Source: Lama glama (lineage: Eukaryota). From it: a stretch of DNA of 64,000 nt. The translations under genes and the position numbers were made by a program. Shown here in pieces: positions 1 to 11,630 of the stretch; within the stretch, counting starts at the first letter, position 1, and the number at the start of each line of letters is the position of its first letter. Where the stretch lies: NCBI GenBank assembly GCA_028534125.1, contig CM052824.1:42656001-42720000 (forward strand), read 5' to 3'. The notes beneath the pieces are model-generated. The model had not been told where the DNA came from. It saw nothing but the letters and a program-made list of their open reading frames with translations, and did not search any database.

Positions 1-479
1 TTGGCAAAAAGCCTGCAGACCTGGGAGGGAAGGCTGGGCTTCTGCCCCGCAGGGATAGGAGATGTGGGTAAGTGCTCAGCCATTCTACGCTGAGATGAGG
101 CCAGCAGGATGTGGTTCCCTCATTCTTGTCACTGGGGGGCCCAGGTTGTTAGGAAGTTCTAATTAACATCCCTGAGATTTAAACTCTACACCCCAACACG
201 AGTTCACTCCCCTGAGAGCGTTCTGGCTCAAATACTGATTAAATATGAAACGGTTCCATCTTCTGAGCTGAAGTCAGGGAGGCACCAGCCAGAGATGGAA
301 GCTGTAATTACCAGCTGATTATGCAGTGTGAGTTATTAAAAGATAAAATAAAATGAAAACCAACATCCTTCAAATAAAAACAATTAACAACACTCACAGC
401 TATTTCTGCTCTATTTAAAGGGACATAGGCTTCTTATTCCCCACACCTTTCCCATTTTTATAGACCCAGTGTTCATCCA

Positions 480-2200
480 GGACATTCTCTAAGCACTTGT
501 AGATACTGGGGGCAGGGATGAGAAATAAACAAGTCAGGCCAGGTGCTGGCCTCTTGGGGCTCACAGTCCAGAGGAGTACGTGTCCTTTCAGGGAAAAACC
601 TTGACAGATATACAACTACACCTTCGGATGGGGCCAAGCATGCCATGTATAGGAGGCAATGTGGGAGGATAATGAGAGGGACTAACTCAGAAGAGGTCTT
701 AGGAGCTGATATTTAAGTTGACCTTCAAAGGAGCCAGTTACCTTAAGGGGGGGTGCAGAGTGATCTATGGAGTGAGAACAACATGTGCAAAGGCCCTGAG
801 GTGGGAAGGAGTGTTGGAGGGACTGAGGAAGGGCACTGGGCCAGAGTGCAAGGAGGAGGAGGAGGAAGCAGCAGCCAGACCCTGAGGGACTCACTGCCTC
901 GGCCGGCAGAGCTGGGATGACTCAAGTTTCCCTGAGCAGCACTGAATGGTTTTAAGTAAGGGAAGGACTCGATCAGTTTTGAGATTTAAGACCATCCTCT
1001 GGCTCCCCCATGGAGGCAGGAGCAGGGGGCCCAGTGAGGAGGTGAAGGGGTTGTCCAGGCAGAAGTCAGTGTGTTGCCAGTGAAAGTAACTGATGTTCCA
1101 GGTTCTTGTCCCGTCCTAGAAAGAATTCAGAGACAAGATGTAGTAGTTAAAAGAGTAAAGTGAGAATTTATTAAAGAATGGATAGTACGCTCTCAAAGGG
1201 AGAGCAGGCAGGCTCAGGTGAGCAGCTGCTCTGAGTTTCTTTGGCAAGTTAGTTACATAGGGTGTAAAAATGAATGGGCGGAATATTCATCAGGGAGGGA
1301 AGGGTTTGGGGCCATATTCCCTGATTATCATCCCAACTCCACCTTCCCGAAGGGAGGAGGGATTTTTGTCCTTATTTAGTCTGGATCGGAAGTGTCATGA
1401 CATCAGTGCATGGTGGGTACTACTGATCTGCAAGGCTAATTTTATTGAAATGAGGGCATAATAAGCAAAAGGTAACTTTTGGACATTGGTGATTCCTGCC
1501 TTTTCTCACCTTTCTTTGTTGGCCTCCAGGTCACTCATCACCCCAAAAGATGTGACCACTCAACAGCCCAAAGTTTCCTGCTTTTGTTTTTCTACCCAGG
1601 AACCCCTGGTGCTTACATGATGTAGAGGTTCCTGCATTCGGCCTGTGCCCCTCCTTTTTGCCCAATTCCTGCCATTTGGTCTGCGTCCCCCTGTCTCTGC
1701 TCATATCTAGCTATCTGTCTGCTCTAACAAGTGGAGGCTTGGACCAGAGCGGTGCCAAGGGACCCGACAGCAGGGGACGGGTCCCGGGGGGTGTTTTGGA
1801 GGGTGAAACGCCCCACCTCGGGGGTGGGGGGTGGGTGTGGCAGGGAGGGCTTTGTTGTGAAGATATCCAGGTTTCTGGCTGAGGAGCTGGGTGGAGGGAG
1901 CTGCCACTTCCTGAGTGAGAAGACGGAGAGGCTGGGGGTGAGGCCCGCGTGGCGTGTGGGGTGTGTGGCTCCCGAGATGCATTGCAGAGAAAGGGGAAGG
2001 AGGCAGCGGGGCATCCCTGCGGGTGAGGGCCCAGGGGAGAGCCCTGCCGGAGATGCCCTGAGGAGAGAGGGCAGAGCAGGGGAGAAGGGGCCAGGACAGA
2101 GAGGAGACCGTCCTCCTCCTCTGTCATTCCCAGTTATAGACTCCCTTGGATGGGAAGACACCCCTGACCTGGAGGCAGGGTCCATTTGTAGAGTGTAGTG
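480..2200 (-). mobile_element. L2 LINE 3' region, interrupted by a solo LTR at 1072-1729
   Basis: Typical reverse-oriented L2 motifs (ctcacagtccagagg, tgtgcaaaggccctgagg, gatcagttttgagattt). The L2 text resumes directly after the LTR (gaggcttggaccagagcggtg). Confidence 0.75.
1072..1729 (-). mobile_element. Complete solo ERV LTR (ERV1-like, 658 bp)
   Basis: Starts TGTT and ends AACA. Perfect 4-bp TSD AGTG at 1068-1071 and 1730-1733. Poly(A) signal on the minus strand (TTTATT 1167-1172). Confidence 0.9.
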
Positions 2201-4869
2201 GGCACAGTGGGAGGCAGGGGCTGTGGCCCCAGTGTCTCCCCTTCTGCTCTGCTGGCCTCAGCTCCCAGAGAGAGTGCAGGCCTGGCACCCACGTGTTGGG
2301 GGGTCACGGACGCCTCCCTGCCCTTGCCCCCACTTTGGGGGTCTGTATAAGGAGCACCGAGGGGCCACGAGGATCCCTAAGCCTCCGATGATCCCACAGA
2401 CGACCTTCTACTGCCGCCCACCCGCTCACTCCGCCCCAGGCTTCTCAGGGTGCCTTCCTCCTGCTCCCGTCCCCTCAGCCTCCGAGGCCGTCACAGCACA
2501 AATGGCTCTTACTTCCCACTGGTCCATCTTTCTCATTACAGCAAAGTACCTGCAGCAGTGTCAGAGACCAGGGCTTGTCTTTACATTTACCTTCTTAAAA
2601 CAGCTTTACAGTTTATAAACACTCCCCTGACCCTCCCTCATGTCCCAGTGTGAAAGAAGCACAGATTCTCCCATACACTATAGACCATCGGGGGACCTTG
2701 GTGAGGTCTGGGCACCTCTAGCCCACCAGTGCCCACCCAGGAGGCGCCCTGGAGTCACCTGGGGAGATCCTAGAACTGACCAGTGCCCCCACCAGGCTTT
2801 GATTAGTCTTGAGTGACAGAGGGACCTCCTCAGAGGACTGAAACGCTGAGACACAAATGGGGACTACCAGTACCATCGCCCAGTCCCAGGAACGCCTGGA
2901 TCCCACTTCACAGCTCACCCTCCTCTCCATCCTTCTCCTCTCTCGGGTCCTCACGGAGGGAGCTGAACCCAAGGGAGCAATTGCAGGTGGAAATCAAGGA
3001 GCAATCCCGCAGTGGCTTGATGCTATGTCAGCTTGGTTAATTAGGGACCACATTTCCCTGATTCTCTTCCCAGGGTGGTTCCAAGTCAGCACTGGTCACA
3101 AGAGACTCTACCTGCAGTTCAGGGGCAGGAGAGAGGTGACAACTGTGCTTGACTCTCTGCGGGCTCATTGCGTGGGTGTGGGCCCCCCCAAATGCGCAAT
3201 TCCTCCAGCTCCCCCTCAACCCCCTCTTGCGTCTTCCCAAGGCCTGGACCCAGTGCATTCAGGGCTCTGAGGTGGAAGGCGCCAGCTTCTCTGCACCTTG
3301 TCCAGCAGCAGCGAGGTAGGAGCAGATGGAGCTTCCAAGGTGTGGTTTGTGGTTCTGTTCCATACTTGAAGGGTCTGTTCGTCCTCAAAGCCATCCACAG
3401 TCAGCTTTCCTCCCTGACTTCCCATCCAGCTGACGCAGAGCAGCTTCAGGCTCTACCTTAGACAGAGAGGCAGCAAACGGCCTTCAAACGCTGCTCTGCC
3501 AGCCCCACAACTGCAGGAGGGCTGGCCTCTCTGAAGACAAAAAACAACCAAAAATAAACAGAGCTCACCTTTTTCTCTAGCACATAGAGCATTTCTGCTT
3601 CTGATTGGATCTTGACTGATACAAATCTTATCCCTAATGACACAAAAACCTGATATGCCTCCCCCGCCCCCCAAATTTGGGAGCCTCTGGTGGAGGGGGG
3701 ACTGGAGATCCATGCTCTGGCCTCCTGTCCATCAATGGCCCACTTGCTTTTGGATTTGCTCCTTCCCTTTCCCTGCTCTGCCTCTCAGGGAGCGACACTT
3801 CCCAGGCCCCGTGCCCCCTGGGCTCCTGATCTGTGGAGCTGTAGATGCAGGTGAAAGAGCGGAGGTGAGAGAGACGCCAGGGCATTTTGCTCTGCCTCTC
3901 TCTGCATCCAGTGCCTTGTCAGCAGCCGCCACCTCTCCCCTGTGATTCCGGCTCCCATCTTATGGCCCCTCACCCCGTGGTTCCAGGGCTCCGCGGGTGG
4001 GCCCCACCGCGGCTCTCCTCCCATCGATAGCCCCAGCTTCCGGGCTCTGGGAAAGCACCCCCGCCCCTCTGACCTCTCAGTCCTAGGGTGCCAGCTGCTT
4101 CCGATTATTGCTGTGTTCGGTCTCCTCACCGCCTGCCTGGCTCCCTCTACCACCCGTGTCACCAGTTCCCTGCACTGAATTCTTCATCCGCATCCTTACA
4201 GGGGACCCTCTTGTCCCCACCCACCCCTTGTCCCCAAATCTGCCTCGGGAGACCCCTCAGAAGACAAAGCTTCACCTGGGATCCCTGTCAGGAGAGGGAG
4301 CAGCTACCTGAGGTGGGGCAGAGATCACACAGGACTGGGAGCCTCCGGTCAGGAGAGCCCCAGCTGCAGCCCCTCCCTAGTGAAAGGGGGGGTGGTTTAT
4401 TCCGAGGGAGGGAATCAGCTGGAGACTTTGGGAGCCGGACCTCTCAAAGACAGATGGAGATGCAGCCCAGAACACCCCAGGGCGCTGGGGGTGAGGGACG
4501 GAGGATGCACAGAAACACAGTTCCCAACAGTCAGTCGTGGGGCCTGATAAGATTGGAATCGTAAATGCTGTGCCTTTAAATTCTTGGCTCTCCTCCCTGA
4601 AAACTTATTCTGCAAAGTGAGCCTTACACCATCCATCCTCCCAGATGGCTTTTTAAATGACGCTGTTTGTTAAGTGGGAGAAGAAAAAGGAGGGGTGGGA
4701 GGAGCGGGTGGAGTCCCTGCAGCCCCCAGACCCCGAGGGAGGAGACGCAGCAGAACATGCTGCTGACTGGGAAGTGGGCTTTCCGGGCTGGAGCCCCCAG
4801 GCTCAGCCAGGCCCACAGTGGGCCAGAGTCCCCGTTATAACTGTTGAGGTTTTTTGAGTCTCATTGTCC

Positions 4870-5005
4870 CGATCTGGGTACTATTAAGTGTATTCACCCT
4901 CCAAATCCTTACAACAAACTTAAGATCCACCATTTTATTGATGGAGAAACTGAGGCCTGGAAGAGGCAGGAATTTGGACAAGGTCACACGGCAAGTCAGC
5001 AGATG
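4870..5005 (-). mobile_element. MIR SINE
   Basis: Core motif cattttattgatggagaaactgaggc...aaggtcacac. Confidence 0.75.
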
Positions 5006-5039
5006 AGGAAACGGCCCTTGCTCCTCTGTCCGTGAGTGT

Positions 5040-5260
5040 GTGACGGATTCCATCCCCACCTCTGCATTTGTGGTCCCCTGTTTCCTTCCCCTCTCTTTCT
5101 CCCTCACTGAGACCGCCCAGCCCTTCCTGTCCAGCTGGGCCTTAAGAGGCTGCAGGAATCATTTTCTCTGTCAGTGGGTGACAGACTGCACCAGATGGGC
5201 CCTCGGTCGCTGATGCTCCTGCAGCTGGAGCTCTGAGAGGCACCTCTTCACACCTCAACA
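5040..5260 (-). mobile_element. 3' LTR (LTR16-like) of the ERV-L provirus
   Basis: On the minus strand ...ggtggac is followed by TGTTGAGG at 5260, matching the ERVL internal/LTR junction. The far boundary is approximate. Confidence 0.55.
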
Positions 5261-7950
5261 GTCCACCTGGCAGGCTGCGTACTTCCACTGCCTCCCGGGG
5301 ACGTTGGGGAAGCAGCACCTCCGTGGTTCCCAGCAGCCTCCCCTCCTGAAGGGAAACTCAGGAGAGGAAGGTTTATGGTGCAAAGCACAGCTCCTGTATT
5401 TGACCTCAAGGCATAACTGATGCTCACCACTCTCTGCCTCTGTGTTTCTGAAGTCCCCTCCCTCCCAGCTATCACCTGGTTCCTGGTAGGATGGCAAACT
5501 TTACTCCTGGGGATGGGGGATTACTGATTCCTGGCTAATTCTTCTCCAGCTAGGAGGACCTTTCACAGTTTCAGTGGGGTTATCAGGGGTCCCCTGGGTT
5601 CCCCATGCCCTTCCCCTGCCTCACCTTCCCCTGCTGGTCAAAGACAATTGCCCCGGTTGCTATAGTGATTCCTCTTTTTGCCTGCTGGCTCCAGATGGCC
5701 AAGGCAGCAGCCGTAACTCACAGTTCAAGGGGATCCTGTGTGTGTCCTGGCAAGAGTGTGCTTCTTTGGGGACCAGGACCTCCACAGTTGCAGAGTCCAG
5801 AGTAGCAGTGCCAGAAACAAATATTGCTGTGTGTTCTGTGGATGTGAGCTGTTCTCTACCCTCTTCCCTGTCAGAGATGAAAGGGAACACACCCCCTAAA
5901 TCCAGGCAACATACCATCCACTGGAGGCCTCTTTAATCTGTTCTAGCAATGACATCACATCCCGCATGTCACCTCCAGTCGGCCGGGCTACCTGGTTGAG
6001 CCTGGAGTAGTCTGAGGTCATTTCCCAGTGTCCATCTATTTCTGCAGGGGTCACACGTTCAGAACCAATGGAGACATGACAGGCACACTGTCCCTGCTTA
6101 ATTTTTAATGATGGTACCCAACTTCACCATCCTCCACCCCCAGCCCAGATGTGATATCGTTTATATTAGTAATCTTGACTAGGGTGGGAGACAGTTTCAA
6201 AGATTGTATTTGGCCTTCTTCACTATAAGAGCTCTTACCGCACAGTCCAGGGAGATCCAAACGTGGGGTTATCCCAACTGTCAAGTGTATCAATTCCAAT
6301 TACCACCTCTGGGTCTGGGGAAAGGGCCACTGGGTGGACTCACAGTCCCAGTGGGCTCACTGTGAGCCAGATTTTAGCCAGAACACCACTTAAAACCTGG
6401 TTCCCATGGGCCCCAACTCTAGCAAGTGGGTCAGGGAGACACTGAGTCTCCTGGTACCAGTGTCAACTCAGCCCTTATGCCTAACAGCCCTTAAATTGGT
6501 GATTTCCCACCCCCAGTGTACAGTTGCCTGATTATATAGCTGCCGTCCCTTTGGGGAACCATCATGGTATATACTTGCCATGATGTTGAAGGATCATTCC
6601 CTCTGGGGACCTGACCACCTCTTCCATCAGTGGGGTCCAGATCTGATATTGATTATTATGTTTAGTCGAGTGACTGCTGCAAGCTACCTCCTCCATCCTT
6701 GTCTTCTTTTTACACTTTTTATTTCATGACAATTATAGATCCACATGAAGTTGCAAAAATGGTCCTGTGAGGTTCCATGGAAACTTGTAGTTTCCCTCAA
6801 TGGTTATATCTTCATAACCAGAGTGCAGTATCAAAATCAGGAAACTGACATGGGTGAAACCTACATGTACAGCTCTATGCCATTTTATCACAGATGTAGG
6901 CTTTTGAGCCCACACTACAGCTGAGATCAGAACCACTCCATCACGGCCAAGATCCCTCCTGCTACGCCTCTAGTCACAGCCACCCTCCTCCCTTCCTCTT
7001 AGTATTCCAAATCTCTGGCAACTACTAATCTGTTCTCTAATTCTACAGTTTTGTCATTTTAAGAATGTTACGTAAGTGGAATCATATCACTTTGGGGATT
7101 GGCTTATTTTTTTGGTCACTGGACACAACACCTTTGAAACCTACCCAAGGTGTCACAAATATGTATCAATTGTTTGTTCCTTACATCACTGAGCGGCGTT
7201 GCACTGTATGGCTGTCCATTCTGGTCTGATATTAGCTATCAGCAGCCTGTTGGCCTCTCTCTCCACACCTTCCCATAGATCCAGCCCCCTTACAGCCCCT
7301 CTGACCTTAATGGTCACTTTGGTAGTTGCTGCCTCCTTGCTTCCAGGCCATACATGCCACCGGCTGGCCTCCTCATCCCCAGACGAGAGCAGAGCCACTG
7401 CTGGACGCGGGTTCCCCCTCCCCAGCATTCCTGATGACTTTGGTGAACGGTGCATCCTCCACCATGGGACACACTCCACGAGTGTGCCAGTCTGCCTGCT
7501 CCGCTCGGTTTCTTTGTTCGTTTTTCCACCAACCGCCTAAGCAGCTTAGGAGTCTTCCCATTGTTGAGAATTGGCCATCAGTTTTTCAATGCCATCCCTT
7601 GGGGTCGGTGCTAGGTTATTAAATCCCGTCCCTCCAAGTGTCCCCAAGTCAAGGAATTCTGTTCACTCAGCTGTGTGTTCTGGCCCCCTTGGTCAGCATC
7701 CCCTCCCCCTGGCTCCTGGGAGCACACATTGGGGCATTCTTCCCAGTCTTTTGGTGGATGGTTTCCTTCCTCCTTTACCAGGCCCAGCGACAAAGCGCTG
7801 GGATTGAAACCCTACAGCCTGGCAGCCCGGAGGAGGCGGCTCAGTTTCCGAGTGGGGGAGGGGCAGCTGTTACCCGAGGGGTGAGGCCTGAGCAGCACCT
7901 GTCTGGCTGTTCTTTGGGAAGGGTGGGCTGTCCCTGCAAGCCCTGAGGGT
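5261..7950 (-). mobile_element. Decayed ERV-L (HERV16/ERV3-16A3-like) internal region: gag, protease, RT N-terminus, dUTPase-like remnant
   Basis: Minus-strand peptides: EDAPFTKVIRNA (gag); GLLGIRAELTLVPGD at 6490-6446 (protease, DTG motif lost); HPVALSPDPEVVIGIDTLDSW; DGHWEMTSDYSRLNQV...DVMSLLEQIKEASSGWY at 6036-5900 (RT); EVLVPK...RIPLNCELRL (dUTPase-like). Stops and frameshifts throughout. Confidence 0.85.
6706..7210 (-). mobile_element. L1 3' UTR fragment (L1MB/MC-like) nested in the ERV-L
   Basis: T-rich start followed by reverse L1 3' UTR motifs (caactactaatctgttctct, gtaagtggaatcatat). Confidence 0.8.
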
Positions 7951-8376
7951 TTCCTGGGGGTTTCCTGAGGGTTGCAGAGTCCTTATCCTCAAGATGTCCT
8001 TGACCCATGTTTCAGAGTTCCAGGCTTTGCCAACCAAGGCCCCAACTTCTGTCTAACAGACCCGCCTTGGCAGAGCAATGCTGAAACATCTCTAAAGCTC
8101 TCTGGCTCAGACAATCAGATCTTCTGCTGCAGGAGATAAAGGTCCCTGTGTGAGCAGTGGCAGGCAGGCCCCTTAGCTCTCAGGCTGAGGAGCCCTTGAG
8201 GACTTGTGAGGAGCCCCCAGCCTCCCCTGCCCACTCTTCCTGTGTGAATGCAGTTTATCAGCTCAGTTCTCAACAGAATGCAACTGACTGAGCTGCCCCG
8301 GCAGATGGTAGAGGAAGTGCCCCGCCAGGTCTGCTGCCTTTGCCTATTGCCTTTGCCCCTAATGTCCCCCTCCACG

Positions 8377-8402
8377 CACACACACACACACACACACACA
8401 CA
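8377..8402. repeat. (CA)n microsatellite
   Basis: Directly visible. Confidence 0.97.
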
Positions 8403-9529
8403 TGCCTTCTGGATGCTGGCGTCCTCACACCTGCCACAGAGTGCTCCTTCCTGGGCCATTTCCCAGGGAACCACGGATAAAACCTTTAGCAATCAAGGCA
8501 CCACTTTATGCCAAACACTGTCTGTGCCCAACTTTCCCTCCAGGATGGTGTCGTCTGCCCTGAGTGAGGTTGTGAACTAGACCCAAAGCCCTTCTGACCT
8601 GCTTCTGACCTCCCTTGGGCCAGTGACGTGTGTTAGTCTGAATTTTCCAAGAGGCATACGTGGAGGTGGGATTACACATGCAAGAGATAAACTGTGGCGA
8701 AGCCCTGTGAGGGGCCCGTGCGGAGGGCGACGGGCACTGACACAGCCAGAAGACCGCAGTGTCTGGTCCTCGTGAAGGAGAGAGAGGCAAAGGGAGGCTG
8801 GTGGAGAGCCTCAGACTGTGGGGAGCAGCTGCAGAAAGTCCTCGCTTCATGGGGAGAGCAGTGTGAGCTCACCTTCATTTACCCAGCACCATTGTGGGCC
8901 GGCCCCTGTGGACCGCTCTTAGGGCTCCTTGTAAGATGGGTATGCTCACCTTCGTTTTACAGAAGAGGAAACTGATGTCCAGAGAGGTCACCAGTTCTCA
9001 TAGGGTGGTGATCTGGGGCTGTAAGCCACTAGACCAAAGGCCATGCCCTGCCCATGGTGCCCATGGCCCTGGGAAACAGCTTGGACAGAGGCTCAGGCAG
9101 GTGAGCTGTCTGTAGCTCAGTGTGACCAGAGCTCAGGGTCGGGGTCTGGGAGCTGTGGGAGAGGACAGCTGGGGCCAGACCGTGATGGTCTTGGAATGCC
9201 AGGCCGTGGAGGTAGAGTCAGTCATGGAGGCCAAAGTCATAACGGGAGACTCTGGGCACGGCTGGTCTGTAAGCAAGCTGTGTTTGGCTCACTCAGGTTT
9301 TCTAGAAACCTTGATTTAATTACTAACGCTTAAAAGCTGCCAGATTTTACCTCATTCCCTGCTTCCTAGGGAAAATCGAAAGCTGTCACCTCTTTTGTCC
9401 TTATTTCCTGCAGCAGGAGGCCGCAACAAAGTGGCTGCCACCAAGTCAGACAGGACAGGTGCTGTCCAGTTTTGCAAACACCTGCAGGGGGCCGATCACA
9501 CACTCACGTCCCACCGTGGCTGCTGTGAA

Positions 9530-9960
9530 TGGTCAAGATAAGTGAGGGTCGCCTGCAGTGAGCACCCCAAATCTCACTGGTTTCATACTACAAATGCTCC
9601 ATGGATCCAGCGGGCTCTCCAGGTCCAGCAAGCTCTCCAGGGCAGCCGTCTTCCATGCAGAGACTCGGCCATGCAGGCTGCCACCGCAACATGGCTCCAA
9701 TATCAGAACCCAGGCCTTGGCGATGATGCCCACGGCAGGGAGAAAGAGAGATGGACCGTCTCCCTGGCAGCAAAATTCTCCAGCCTGGGATAGCCTCATG
9801 TCTCCTGCTTACAACCCACTGTAGAGAGCCAGTCATACGAGTCCAAATAATGGCAAGAGGCATCAAGACAGATTCCTCCTTCCCAGTAGGAGTGGAAACC
9901 CACGTGTGGGTGAGCAGAAGTCTCTGCCCCATGCCTGCCGGCTTTAGGGTTGTGACCTGG
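9530..9960 (-). mobile_element. MaLR LTR (MLT1J/K-like)
   Basis: gtcaagataag...accccaaatctcactggtttca resembles the reverse MLT1 3' end. Confidence 0.55.
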
Positions 9961-10029
9961 ATAGAGGAGGCTGCATCTCAAACTCACTCCCACAGTGCTT
10001 CCATCAGCAGGTAGCATGCGGCACTTCAG

Positions 10030-10165
10030 CTAATCCTTACAGTACCCCTATCAGGGAAGCATTGCTATCCCAGCTTTCCTGGGGGAAACTAACGCACAGA
10101 GAGATTGAATAGCTTTGAAACCCAGTGGTCTGGCTCCAGAGTCCGTGTGCTTAACCATCATTCTG
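10030..10165 (-). mobile_element. MIR SINE
   Basis: aatccttacagtacccc...gaaactaacgcacagagag...tctggctccagagtccgtgtgcttaacca. Confidence 0.75.
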
Positions 10166-10317
10166 TACTAACTTCACTGGACTGCAGTGGTGTCATCAGC
10201 AACCCCATTGTACAGATAAGAAGGTTGAGGAAGCATCTTGGTTTTCAAGGCAGTGAGGAGAAGAAAATGTAAGTGATGGGGAGGTGGAGCAAAGGAGAAG
10301 GCGGAATGATGTAGCCT

Positions 10318-10331
10318 TGTGTGTGTGTGTG

Positions 10332-10364
<33 letters not shown>
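10318..10364. repeat. (TG)n microsatellite
   Basis: Directly visible, one interruption. Confidence 0.97.
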
Positions 10365-10789
10365 TTAAAGAGCACTTGGTAGTTCAAGCATCAATGCGTA
10401 TTTGCTGAACACCTACTTTGTGTCAGGCTCTGGGCACTGGATGGGCTGGAGGAAGGAGACCTACTAGGGGGCTATTGCATCAGGTGGGTAAACAGAGACC
10501 CAGAGGAGAGGGGCGGGGCCAGCACCCAGCAGGCAGGACAAGATCCTCTGACTCTGCCCCAGCTGCCTGCCCCCAAGCTGCTTCTGTCCTTGTGAGGCTT
10601 CCAAACACCCGGGAATGTAGCTGGGAAGCAGGTACCACAGACCAGGGCTGTGGGTGCTGAAATGGTCACACTCATGGGCTCTTGAGGGGCATCCAGCAGG
10701 ATAACTTTCAGGAAGGGGATTGGGTGATCAAGACCCCGAGGCTGAGAGATGTGACTGCTCTGGATGTCTTGATTCCGCAACGGGGCCCA

Positions 10790-11030
10790 GAACATTCATC
10801 ACAGCCTGATGTGCCTAAGAGAAAAGCCTGAAATCCTCCAAGTGCCTGGCAGGCGAGGGTGGTGAGGTAAATTATGGTGCATCTAAATGAGGTACAATTG
10901 CGAAGCTATTAACATCATGCTTTTGAGGAATTCTCAGTGATGTGGGAAAATGCTGATGATGTATAGTGAGTTTATAGAAAAAAACTTGAATAGCTGAATC
11001 AATTGTAACCATCCCAATTACATAAAATTC
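10790..11030 (+). mobile_element. Old L1 (L1ME-like) 3' fragment
   Basis: taaattatggtgcatct...gatgtgggaaaatgctgatgatgtatagtgag. Confidence 0.6.
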
Positions 11031-11039
11031 AATATGTGA

Positions 11040-11170
11040 GGAGTGAAAGATAAGAAGGATGGGGCAGAGGGAGGGAAGGAGAAAAAGGAGAAGGAGCAGA
11101 GGGAAGAGGAGGAAGACTGGGAGGAAGAAGAGAAAAGGGGAAGAGGAAGATGATGGAGAAGACAAGGAGC
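11040..11170. repeat. Polypurine (GA-rich) low-complexity tract
   Basis: About 130 bp of almost pure G/A. Confidence 0.85.
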
Positions 11171-11199
11171 AGCTGCCTCCTTGTGGTCCAGCACTGGCC

Positions 11200-11630
11200 A
11201 AGTACCACGTGTGCCGTGCACTTTGCTTCTCAGCATCCCTGCATTGGCGATGCTATTTGCTTCATTTTACTGAAAGAGAGGACCAAGAGGCTAAGTGATA
11301 TGTCCAATGTCATGAAACTAAGACACTGAGCCTGGATTTGAACCCACGTCTGGCTGACTCAGGTCCCACATATTTACTCACCTAGCGGAGCTAAGGCAGG
11401 GCTGAGGGCACATTTAGTCTCAAGGCTCAGAGTTACTTGGCTGGTTATGAAGGAGAGCCAAGTTTTACAGAGGGTGTGGCAAATCACGCCATCTCTCTGA
11501 AGTTGGTGTCATCATCAATCCCATTTTATAGATTTCTTGGTTGAGGCAGTGTCTTGGTGTTTAAGGTAAATAGTGGAGGTGGAGTTTGGACCCAGGTCTG
11601 TAAACTCGGTACCTTGTGCTCTTACCTCTA
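11200..11630 (-). mobile_element. Two MIR fragments
   Basis: ctggatttgaacccacgtctggctgactc; cccattttatagat...ggagtttggacccaggtctg. Confidence 0.65.

Noticed and set aside
11059-11298. Basic/acidic ORF resembling a nuclear protein
   Set aside because: It is the translation of a polypurine low-complexity tract running into a MIR.
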